A stretch of 64,000 nt of DNA from Chiloscyllium plagiosum (lineage: Eukaryota), in assembly GCF_004010195.1 (NCBI RefSeq), contig NC_057737.1:35652866-35716865 (forward strand), in the 5' to 3' direction. A model generated the notes under the pieces. It had not been told where the DNA came from. It saw only the letters and a program-made list of their open reading frames with translations, and made no database searches. A program made the position numbers and the translations under genes. Numbering within the stretch: position 1 is the stretch's first letter; each line of letters opens with the position of its first letter. Positions 53,004-64,000 of the stretch are shown piece by piece.

Positions 53004-53780
53004 TTTCTCATCCCGCGAACCATGTTTTGAGAATCTTTTTGCATTATCTCTAATTTCTTCAAATCCTTCCTAAAGTATGATGCCCAGTCTTAGATGAAAA
53101 AAAACATCCAGTTCAGGCCTTACCTATATTTTATACAGGTGTACCATAAATTGCTTTTTTACTCTGTATGTCTGTTGATAAAACCCACGTTGCTGTCCCA
53201 CCCAGACCCATATGCTTTTGTGTCTTTTTCAGCAAAGCCTTGACAAGGTCTCACATAGGAGACTTACAAAGAAGGCAAATGCACATGGAATACAGGGTGA
53301 TTAATAAAGAACATTTAACATTGGCTCATTTGTAAGAGATAGAGATGGCTGAAAGTTGCTTTAGTGACTGGAAGCCACTGTCTGGTGACATGCTACAGGA
53401 ATCTGTGCTGATTCTCCTATTATTCATCATTATATACATTACATAGATGACTGTGTCGGGGCTGGATTAGTAAGTTTGCAGATGACACAAAGATTGGTAG
53501 GGTGGTTAACATTGAGTTTGGGGTTCTTTAGGCTCCAAGAAGATATCAACCAGATGGTCAAGTAGACAGATAAATGACAGATGAAATTTAACTCTGAAAA
53601 GTGTGAGGTGATACACTTTGGAAGCAGTAATTTGACAAGGAAGTATTCAATGTACAGCATGAACTAAGAAGTTCTGTGGAACAAAGAGACCTCTGAATGT
53701 TTGTCCATAAATCTCTGAAGGTGATGTTAGGCTGGTGAAGAATGCTTATGGGGCACTTGCCTTTATCAATCAAGATATAG

Positions 53781-53992
53781 GAGAAAGTGAGGACTGCAAA
53801 TGCTGGAGATCAGAGCTGAAAATATGTTGCTAGAAAAGCGCAGCAGGTCAGGCAGCATCCAAGGAGCAGGAGAATCGACGTTTCGGGCATGAGCCCTGAC
53901 TCCTGAAGAAGGGCCCATGCCTGAAACGTCGATTGTCCTGCTCCTTGGATGCTGCCTGACCTGCTGCGCTTTTCCAGCAACACATTTTCAGC
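53781..53992. mobile_element. Miniature fold-back Penelope-derived element with hammerhead motif, inserted in a CR1 remnant (about 53200-54600)
   Basis: ~85-bp near-perfect inverted arms (53813-53897 and 53910-53994); TCAATCAAGATATAG direct repeat at 53766-53780 and 53993-54007. Confidence 0.85.
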
Positions 53993-56188
53993 TCAATCAA
54001 GATATAGATGACAAAAACATGGAAGTTACATTGGAGTTATGTTTAACTTTGGTGAGACCACAACTAGAGTACTATGTGCAGTTCTGCTCACCACATTCAA
54101 ATTACACTGAAGTGGGTGCAGAGGTGATTCACCAGGATGCTGCCTGGGGTGAAAAATTGAAGTTACAAGGAAAGGGTGGACTGGCTTGGTTCGTTTTCAT
54201 TGGAGCAGAGAAGATTGAGTGCTGAAATGATTGGGGTGTACAAGATTATGGGGGGGGCATGGACAGAGTGGGTATGGTGTAGCTATTCTCCTCAGTTGAA
54301 GGGTCAGTTATGAGGTGACATCGGTTCAAGGTGAGGGACAGGATGTTTAGGTGTGGATGTGAGGGAGAGCGTATTTATCTAGATGGTGGCGATGGTCTAG
54401 ACTGTGCTGCCTGGGAGGGTGGAAGAGGCAAATTACCTCTCGTTCTTTAAAAAGTGCTTGCATGATCACTTGGCATGTCATAATATTTAAGGCGATGGGC
54501 CAAGTACCAGCAAATGGGATTAGGTTGAAAGTCAGGTGTTTGTCGGTGTCGGAAACCTCGACGGGCCAAAGGGCCTCTTCTGCACTGTGATTCTATGCTT
54601 TTCTTTTTGATGTGTACTATTTTATTTTATATTGTCTCTCTGTTTGACCTACCCAAATGAAAAGCCAAACTTCAAAATGATGCTGAAGTGTAGCAACTCT
54701 CCATGCACTGTCCCTGACAAATTATCCCCTCACATCTTTTATAATTGTTGTACTCTCTTAAATCTCAATTATATCTTTCTATGTGCCTTCTCTGCAGGCA
54801 TAACACCATATTCTGCATTCTGTTCTATTACCCTGACGTACTTATGTAAGGTATGATTTGTCTGGATAGCATGCAATACAGTATTTCTCACTGAATCTCA
54901 GTACGTGACAATAGTAAATCAAATCAAACCCCTCTGCATTGAATTTCATCTGCTTCTTATCCACAAATTCTAACACATTCTGGGGAATTCTTGCATTTTT
55001 TTTGTAATATTTCCAAGTTTCCAAGTATAAATTTGTAAGTTGTGCCCTGGAGAAGGAGATCCAAGTCAGTCGTATAAGTCAGGGGTCCATTGTTTATTAC
55101 ACTGATTAAGAATCTCATTTACCTCCATTCTGAGAAGGCAAAGATTTTTAACACAATTCAGCCAATCTCATATCCATGGTTGTACGGTCCATGAACTCTA
55201 CTTTGCTCGCATCTGTTGTGAGACATATTATCAAATGTCTTTTGGAAGTCCATGTACACCATGTTAACAACATTACCCTCATCAACCTGTTACGTTATCA
55301 AAAATCATGTGAAAGTTAGTTAAATACAATTTGCCCTTAAACCATACTGATTTTCCTTACTGAACTCACATTTGTTTATTAGCTTTGTCCTGAATTATCA
55401 TTTCTAAATGTTTTCTCACTACTAAGGTTAAACTGAATGGTATGTAGTTGTTGGACTTGTGTTTATACTGTACATCCTTTTATGAATGAAGGTGTATGTA
55501 ACTTTTTGCCATTCTCTAATCTTCTGATAACAGTCTTGAAGCTCAGGAAAATTGGAAAATTAAAGCCACTGTGTTCACAGTTGCCACACTCACTTCCTTT
55601 GGTATCCTTGGATGCATCTTATTTGGTCCTAGTGCCTTATCAACTTTTAAGTAGACAGGCAATCCATTAACCATCCCCACCTCCCCCACATCAATTTTAA
55701 ATTATTCATGATTCTGAGCCTCATGTTTCATCATGATCTGCATCTTCTTTCCTCATAAAGGCAGATGCCAAGTATATATTTATAACTCAGGTATGCCTCT
55801 ATATCTATATGTCAATCCTCTAATCAGTTCCACTTCTATTTGTATGCCTGCAGAGGGCTTGCAGAAATTGGTGATTTGAAAAGAACATTTTTTTCTTCTC
55901 TTCATTCGTGAGATGAGGGCATCACTGGCTAGGTCAGCACTTATTGTCTATCCCTAATTGCCCAGAGGGCAGTTGAGTCAACCACAGAACTGTGAGTCTG
56001 GAGTCACATGTAAGCTAGACCAGGTAAGGATGGCAGTTTTCTTTCCTAATTCCACCATCTACCTTGGAAGGATTCAGACCTAGGTCTCCAGAGTATTACC
56101 TGGGTAGCTGGATTAACGTTCCAGTGATAATACTACTAACCTGTCACCTCCCCTAAGAATTTTCTAGAATATTCTGTTTTCATTATAG

Positions 56189-56341
56189 TTTGAAATTGAT
56201 CTGTTCAAGAGCGAACATGCCTGTCAGAGTCCTTTGGACTTCCAGTATCGCAATGAGATCCTGTCTTTGGAGGAAACAGAGAAGAAGAACTTCCGAATCT
56301 TCACCTGTACTGACTTCGACCGATATACCAACATGCAAGAG
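56189..56341 (+). CDS. MKS1: MKS1 coding exon 4
   Basis: tatag|[51 protein letters not shown]|gtactg; 153 nt. Confidence 0.97.
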
Positions 56342-57379
56342 GTACTGAAACTCAGTCATTGCTGCATTTTTATGTTAAAAATGGTCAACAATTCAGCAGA
56401 CCAGGATCAAATTGAATTGCTAAGATTGCTTATAGCAGACAAATCCTGATCTTCCAGTTAATGTAATCTCTGTGGTTTTTCTGGAACTTCAAAACAAGGT
56501 AATATAGTGTTCACAGTACAGATTATAAGCATCTGATAGTGTTCCTCTGGTACTGTATATTGAATAAAAGAAAGTTTAAATAAGTTTGAAGACAACCTGA
56601 TATATTGTTTGTGAAATACTATTGTTTAACCAAAGAATAATGTCAGTTGCGCTCTCTTAGAATTGGGAAACATCTCTAGAATAAGTAAAACAACATATTG
56701 AGGTTGGTTAACTTCATGATAGTGTGACTCGTACTCAAGATCATGTCTATCTGGTCAGAAAGTATTTTGAGAATGGATGAAGATGAATCTCAGGAGCAAA
56801 CAAAAAAACTATCATTTGGTGAGTTGTGTTTTGCATAAAACCTTCACTATACTGTCTGCCTCTACTGATTCCAACATCTCTTCTTCCAAGCACTTTCTTT
56901 ATTGGTGCCAAAGACTACTATTTAAACAAGACCGGGTTCCTTAAAATGGGAATGTTACTTTTTATGCATTTAATGGTGATTTATTGTCTGAAATTGAATA
57001 AAAACTACTGTTGATATAAATAGTAAGCTACAGAATTATCGGCAAGCTTGTTAGTATTAGAATAGCAGAAGGATGTCACCAGATATTGTAATTTGAGGTG
57101 CATTACATGACCCTCCATCTTGCAAGCATTGTCTATTTACAGTGTTTATCACATCTTTCTATTTTGATGTCATGGAAGATGAATTTCAAATTTTAGACAA
57201 AAATTTTAAAAAGGAGTCTTTGATTTTTAGATGTTGGTTATAGAACTGTTAATATTGGACCAGTGTTTCTGGAATTGTGCAGATTTGCTGAGTAGTACAA
57301 ATAGGAAATCTTCATTGCAGTACATTGCAGGGGCTGTGAGAGTTACACATCAACTTATCTAAAAGTTTTGAGAGTGTTG

Positions 57380-57790
57380 AGATTTTGGAGAAGATTTATT
57401 ACTCAGGTTGTGGATCAGGTTGTAAATTTGCTCACTGAGCTGGTAGATTTGTTCTCAGACATTTTGTCATCTTGCCAGGTAATATCGTCAGCGAGCGTCC
57501 AGTGAAACGTTGGTGTTCTCTCCCACTTGCTGTTTATCTATCTTGACTTGTTGTGGTAGGTGATATCGCTTTTGATTCTGTTTCAGAAAGGTTGGTAAAT
57601 GGAGTCCAAATCTATATGTTTTTTAATGGAGTTCCAGTTTGAATGCCAGGTCTCTAGGAATTTCCGTGCATATCTTTGTTTAGCCTGTCCAAGAATGGAT
57701 GTGTTGGCACAATCAAACTGGTGTCCCTCTTCGCCAGTGTGTACGGATTCCAGTGATAGTGGTCATTGCAATCCTGTGCACAGTATCATA
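57380..57790 (-). mobile_element. Penelope-like 3' end, same family as 52683-53003
   Basis: Minus strand encodes HQFDCANTSILGQAKQRYARKFLETWHSNWNSIKKHIDLD, followed by a degenerate CTGACGA...GTC motif. Confidence 0.7.
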
Positions 57791-59086
57791 GTGGTTATAC
57801 TGCTGGTTTAGTAATCCAGAGGCCTGGACTTGTAGTCAGCCTTAAAAGTGGAAATCCTATGGCATTAATGAACAGGCTGAAGACCAATTCTTATACACTA
57901 TAAAATTTCAGTAGCAGAACAGGAAAGTATACCAAGGAATTTTCTAGAGCTTTTAACAGAACATGATACATAATAATCCAATAAAAAGCCACATATTTCT
58001 AAACCTACACACAACATAAACAGAGACATCTATAAAAATATAATCAAATACCCACCACCATTTCAATTACGTTACAAAAGGGAAGTGAATTCCCAGTGGG
58101 ATTTGGTGATTTTTGTTTTGCTGGAATGTTTGTTACTCAGCTGTAGAATATGATTATTCTGGAGGGTCAGTTGTGGTATAAGAAAATGGCAACTTACTGT
58201 GCAGTAGTGAATTGTCCTTCAGCTGATCTGGCCTACATGTGACTCCAGAACCAGATGCAATGTGGTTGACTGTCAACTGCCATTTGAAATGACCTAACAA
58301 ATAGTTCAAAGGCAGCTACGGATGGGCAAGAAGTGCAGGCCAGCTAGTGACACCCACATCCCATGAGTGAATAATAGTAACAGAATATGATAGCGTCTCA
58401 CAAATAGCACAATACGAAGGTCAGCCTGACAGTTGTTCTCCCCCCCACCATCAGTATTATTAATTTCCAATAGTAGGACTAATTCCTCCATGTGCCAATA
58501 GGTACTTCACACAGATGATTCAATTCTTTATTTTTGCCTCTTGAGGCAAGCTCCAGCATCTGTAACAGTTCCTGCAGGTTTGGCTCTCAGCTGCTGTAAG
58601 TACCCATACTGAGGTCAGAACTTTACTGAATGTACTTATGTTTCTGTTTTTATAATTGATGTGGAAGACCCATGCAAACTTTTCACCCACTTTGGTCAGG
58701 GTAAGAGATCATGTTGCAGCTGCACTGAGAGCAGCCCAGACTTAGGCTGCAGGAGCTGGCACTTTAATTGTAGCAGATTGAGAAACCTTCGACCTCTGAT
58801 GATATTTGAGGGATGGAGCATTGAAGTCTGAGTTTTTGCAGTGCGATGTTTTCTCATCTCTTTGTCCTCCTATTTTAAGAAAGGGCTCAAACGGCATTAC
58901 CTCAGTCAATGATAAGAAGTGGTGCTGGACAGGGAAGTGTGTCAAGTAGAATCATCATTTTGTTGGACCCCTTGAAACATTGTAAGGATCCATGGACCCC
59001 TGGATGTGAATTTCTGATTTACAGATAGAAACAGGCTATTTGGTACAACAGTCCTGATATTGTAATTCACACAAACCTTCTCTCAG

Positions 59087-59228
59087 GAGAAAGTGAGGAC
59101 TGCAGATGCTGGAGATCAGAGTCAAAAAGTGTGGTGGTGATGAAGAGCTTATGCTTGAAATGTCGACTCTCCTCCTCGGATGCTGCCGGACTGACTGTGC
59201 TTTTCCAGCACCACACATTTTGACCATG
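59087..59228. mobile_element. Miniature partly inverted Penelope-derived element with 13-bp TSD
   Basis: AACCTTCTCTCAG at 59074-59086 and 59229-59241; antisense tail followed by a sense segment TGATGAAGAGCTTATGCTTGAAATGTCGA. Confidence 0.8.
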
Positions 59229-59289
59229 AACCTTCTCTCAGCCTACTTCACTTTAAAGGATTTGTCGATGATCTTCTCACAGAAGTAAA

Positions 59290-60880
59290 TGCTGCTGATA
59301 CTGCAAATCTGAAAGAAAAACCATGAGACCTGGAGAAACTCAGTAGGTTTGACACCTTCCATAATAAGAGAAACAAGTTAATGTTTTGATTCAGTTTGAC
59401 TTCTTCAGAATGGGAGAGTGGTGAATTCCTGTGTTGAGAAAAAAGGAAAATATGTCAGAAGCATGATGGCATCATTGGAATAGGTATGATGGAGGTGGAG
59501 AATGGAATGGATTCATTAGACAAGAAGCACACTGTGAGAATGTGGAGTCAAAGTAACTAGTAATGGTGAATTTGTCATGAATATTAGCTGACAGTCCTTT
59601 CATGTATATGAAAACAGAAGTTGAAGAAGGGAAAGGAAGAGTGAGAGATAAACCAGATAAAGCTGAGAAAAGGGTGGACATTTTGAAGCAAAATGGATTT
59701 ATTTTCTAGTTCTAGATGAAAGCAGGAAGCAGAACTGAAACAGTCTTTGATGTACCAGAAAAACAGGAAGCCTGAGTAAGAATGGAACAAGAAATATTCC
59801 ACAAGTCCCACAAAAAGACAGGCAAAGTAGGGCCAATTGAGATTAACTACACATTGACTTGGAAGGAATTAGATTAATTAAAGGAGAAATTCAGTGAGAG
59901 AAGAGGCTCTGCCGGACAGAGGGTGGTGGTGTGAATGTGAACTATTGAGACCTTCATTTAAGGAATAAGTGGAGAGCCCTCAGACCATCCTACTGAGGAA
60001 TGGAAGTGCAGAGGGATTATGTATCCAGAATGGTGGTGGTTAGGGCCAGAAAACTGCAAATCTTTGAGATGCTGTAGGGCATTAGAAGAATCGCAAATGT
60101 AATTGGGAAGAGCTTGGACACGGGTAGAAGAAGAGAGTCAAAGTGGGAAGAACTAAACTGGAGTGTAGGCATAGACTAGAATGATGAGTCTGGAAGATCA
60201 GTTCTGTTTCTGGATTGGGGAAGAACATAAAAATGTTCTGTATTAAATTGGGGAACTATGAGGTAGAGGGAAGATTTCTAAAGGAGATGAGGTCATTGAC
60301 AATCTGGAAATAATGGCTTGATGTTCAGGCATGGGGTCACTGTCTAGGGGAAATAGGAAGAAGTATCAGGTAGTTGACATTTAGCCTCTGCTACATAGAA
60401 GACTATGTACTATTCTTGTGGCCAGGTTTGTTAACAAAGTCAGAGTTAGACCTGAGAGAACAGAGTACAGCAGGTTCAGAGGTAGTCAGCAGAGATATTT
60501 AAGGTGGTTGATTTCACGCTGACAGTTCTTGATGATGAGATTGTGAATAGGTCAAAGACCAGATGGAGGAGTCCATGTGAAGGGAGAATATTGGACACCC
60601 GTGAAAGAGTCCATGGATTTGAAGGCAGGGACATCTGACAGCAGAAGTGGACATAGAGGTGAAGGTGACTGAGATAGGGTTCAGTGTTTTGCCGCTCCTG
60701 AAATTCATTGAGGTGGGGGTGTAAAGATATAAAACTGAGACTTTTGTTGAGTGCAGATTGTTCAGTATGGGACAATGGAAACTCAGAGTATAGTGAATTC
60801 ACAACAAGAGATGGAATAAGGTGAAAGGTGGGTCAGAGGAACTGGATGGGAAAGGGTCAAGAGGGATGTTGGCACCCATA
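59290..60880 (-). mobile_element. Decayed Penelope-like element, related to 8280-10920
   Basis: Shares diagnostic stretches (e.g. CTGAAATTCATTGAGGT and GAGATGAG.TCA.TGAC) with the 8.3-10.9 kb element. Confidence 0.65.
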
Positions 60881-61004
60881 AATTGTTGGAGCTATCATTC
60901 TTCAACATCATTATTTCTCCATACTATGTCTATGTACACTGAATGTATCCTTTTCTTTTTCCTTTTATTTCTTTCTTCACTTATTGTTTATCTATACTGG
61001 CTAG

Positions 61005-62226
61005 AATCAGAGATGTACAGCACTGAAACAGACCCTTCGGTCCAACTCGTCCGTGTTGACCAGATAACCTAACCCAATCTAGTCCCACCTGCCAGCACCT
61101 GGCCCATATCCCTCCAAACCCTTCCTATTCATATACCCATCCAGATGCCTTTTAAATGTTGTAATTGTACCAGCCTCCACCACTTCCTCTGACTGCTCAT
61201 TTCCATACACCACAACTACTTGAAAACGTTACACATTAGGTCCCTTTTAAATTTTTCCCCTCTCACCCTAAACCTATGCCTTCAAGTTTTGGACTCCCCA
61301 CCCCGGAAAAAGACCACGTCTGTTTACCCTATCCACGCCCCTCATGATTTTATAAACCTCTATAGGTTATCTCTGACGTTCCAGGGAACAGCCTTTATCT
61401 ATAGCTCAAATCCTCCAACCCTGATAACATCCTTGTAAGTCTTTTCTGAACCCTTTCAAGTTTCACAACATCCTTCCTATAGGAGGGAGACCAGAATTGT
61501 ACACAATGTTCCAAAAGTGGCCTAACCAATGTCCTCTGAAGCTTACCCTTCAGTCCAAATCGTTCATGCCGACCAGGTATCCTAAACTAATCTAGTTTCA
61601 TTTGCCAGCATTTGGCCCATCTCCCTCCAAACCCTTCCCATTCATGTACCCATCCAGGTGCCTTTTAAATATTGTAATTTTACCTACCTCCTCCACTTCC
61701 TTTGGCAGCTCATTCTGTGCACACACCATCCTCTATATGAAAAAGTTGTTCCTTAAGTTCCTTTCATCTCTTTCCCCTCTCACCTTAAACCTATGCCCTT
61801 CAGTTTTGGACTCCCCGACCCTGGGGAAAAAGACCTATTCATGCCAACCCTTCCCATTCATTTACCCATCCAGGTGCCTTTTAAATATTGTAATTTTACC
61901 TACCTCCTCCACTTCCTTTGGCAGTTCATTCTGTGCACACACCATCCTCTATATGAAAAAGTTGTTCCTTAAGTTCCTTTCATCTCTTTCCCCTCTCACC
62001 TTAAACCTATGCCCTTCAGTTTTGGACTCCCCGACCCTGGGGAAAAAGACCTATTCATGCCCTTTATAATTCTATAAACCTTTATAAGGTCACTCTGAAG
62101 CTCCAGGAGGAAATAGCCTCAGCCTCTCCTTATAGCTCAAACTTTCCAACCCCAGCAAGGTCCTTGTAAATCTTTTCTGCACCCTTCCAAGTTCAACAAC
62201 ATCTTTCATAAAGCAGGGAGACCAGA
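61005..62226 (-). mobile_element. Two adjacent CR1 3' fragments; the second contains a 216-bp tandem duplication
   Basis: CR1 3' end sequence as at 2361 and 24546; units 61630-61845 and 61846-62061 differ at 2 positions. Confidence 0.85.
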
Positions 62227-63676
62227 CGTTTTCATACCAGTCCAGTTCCTCAAACTCATGCAGCATATACTAGACTGTAGCCCAGCTGTTATGTCTTCAT
62301 TTCACACATTTTCATCCTCCCCTTCTTTTCCACAATTTGATGGTCTATTTCTTTTAGCACGTGTTGTCCTTTTATCTTTTATTCCAAACCATTTGGATTC
62401 TGTTTCTGCTGTCATTGTTTTCTCTAATGAATCCGTCTAATCAGCAATCCGTCATATCTTCATCCTTCCCTATCCTTTCTATTGTGTTATTATCCGCAAT
62501 GTTTATTTGCTATATCTCTTCTTCATGCAGCCATTTATGCGATTCCTTCCTGGAGATTACTGTCTCCATTAGCCCATTTTATTTTGAATACAATGTACTT
62601 TACTGCACTAAGAATTTAACTGTTGTTAAGAGGTCTTTCCATACAGTTGATAACTATTTATTTCATGATCTTTTTAAGTTTATTTTTGTTCCTTACCTTG
62701 ATCTGACCTTTGTTGTCCTCTACAATTACTTTCATCGTCGAACATGTTGTTTTCACAAGATTCCTCTTCCCATTTCTTCTACACCCCTCTCCACAACTCC
62801 CATGCTAAAAATGTATTCTAATACAGATAGAATTTTCTCTCAATATCAGACTATTTATAATGTTAAAATATGACAAGTTTTGCATACAGTTAACACCAGA
62901 ACTCACATCTGAATTGTTGAATTTGGTCCTTTTACTGGAAAAGTGATGGGACATACTGATTTTAATAAGATAAGCATCACATTTCATTCTTTTCTTTGTA
63001 TGGATGTGTTGCTGTTTTCTGTATTATTTTTACAGAAACACTCCTTTCATGTTTAGTGCATAAGCCAAGTGCTTTCTTCATAAAATGTTGGTATGATATT
63101 TATCCAGGGCCATTGAAGTCAAGGCCAATACTTTGCTAGCACAAAATTCACACTCAGCTGCCAGCAGGAGATAGTAGTTAATTTTTCTTGTCCTTTTGAT
63201 CCTAGCCCACTGAGATAAATGTCAAAGATCAGTTACTCGAGGACAAACTGTGAATCAAATCTAGATTCTTGTACACTGAATAGATAGATTCTCACAGTCT
63301 AGAAGAAACCCATTCAGCTCATTGCATCTGCCTTGGTCTTTAAAGGAGCTATTCAATTAGTCACACTCCCCTTCCCCGAGAGTTTTTTTTTGCTTTTCAA
63401 GTAAATATCAAATTCCCTTTGAAAGTTACGATTGAATCTGCTTCCATCAGCATTTTAGTACTAGAGCAGGCAGCTCATTGACTCAAAGAGATTGGTACAA
63501 AGCTTTCCTTTAACCTTCCACACCATGTATTGTGACTGGCTAAGAAATAGAGAAGCTGGTGACCATTATAGGGTTCTCTAAGTGACAATGTGACCCTGGT
63601 TACAGAGCTATGTAAATACTGAACCAAACTGAAGTTGTGCCAGCTGATGGTAGTAAATGTGTATCCTGTTTTCCAG

Positions 63677-63774
63677 TATTCTCAGTCTACGACCACATCA
63701 GCAAAGGAGGTTCCATCGTATCTGGCACAAAGGATGTCACATGTTCGACGCAGAAGGCAGGAGCGCAGAATGAT
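63677..63774 (+). CDS. MKS1: MKS1 coding exon 5 (gene continues beyond the window)
   Basis: ttccag|YSQSTTTSAKEVPSYLAQRMSHVRRRRQERRM AT|gtaagt matches MKS1 [26 protein letters not shown]; not in the ORF track's frame. Confidence 0.93.
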
Positions 63775-64000
63775 GTAAGTGGAGAGATGGCAAATATTCA
63801 TTTGATAAAGCAGTGGAAATATTGAAGTTTTTGTTCTAAACAGAGATACAATTTAAATATCTCTTTAAATATGGAGTACCTTATGCCAGCTCAGTAAAAT
63901 GCTAAGCATTTTGCTTCAGTTGTTTTGAGTCTTTATTTGGGTCTATGTGTTAGTTGTAAATGGAGTGTTTTGAACCATAGCCTGCTACTGTGTGTGAATC

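Noticed and set aside
62361-62873. 170-aa hydrophobic ORF
   Set aside because: T/C-rich low-complexity intronic sequence, probably the antisense strand of a decayed retroelement; no splice or homology support.

Overview
Vertebrate genomic DNA, most likely from a cartilaginous fish (shark), judging by the HE1-like V-SINE, CR1/HER1-type LINE and Penelope-like repeat content. Three protein-coding genes are recognisable. DNAJC30 is intronless on the minus strand (956-2158). BCL7B is complete, with six coding exons on the plus strand (5402-37413, 210 aa), and diverges from DNAJC30. MKS1 is represented by its first five coding exons on the plus strand (45935 to beyond 63774) and has an RFX X-box just upstream of the ATG. 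All exon phases join in frame with GT-AG boundaries. The introns are full of decayed CR1, Rex1-like, RTE and Penelope-like retroelements, SINEs and a Tigger-like DNA element. The most notable signal is a set of Penelope-derived insertions of 0.1-2 kb. Several are fold-back (inverted-arm) structures with a ~33-38 nt tail on one arm only, four have 12-15 bp target-site duplications, and they carry minimal hammerhead-ribozyme motifs whose stem III is reduced to the palindrome ACGU. In addition, the BCL7B exon 3 splice acceptor appears to be supplied by a CR1 3' tail. There is one 29-N assembly gap (16772-16800). Gene and repeat identifications come from recalled family sequences; no database search was run, and repeat boundaries are approximate.
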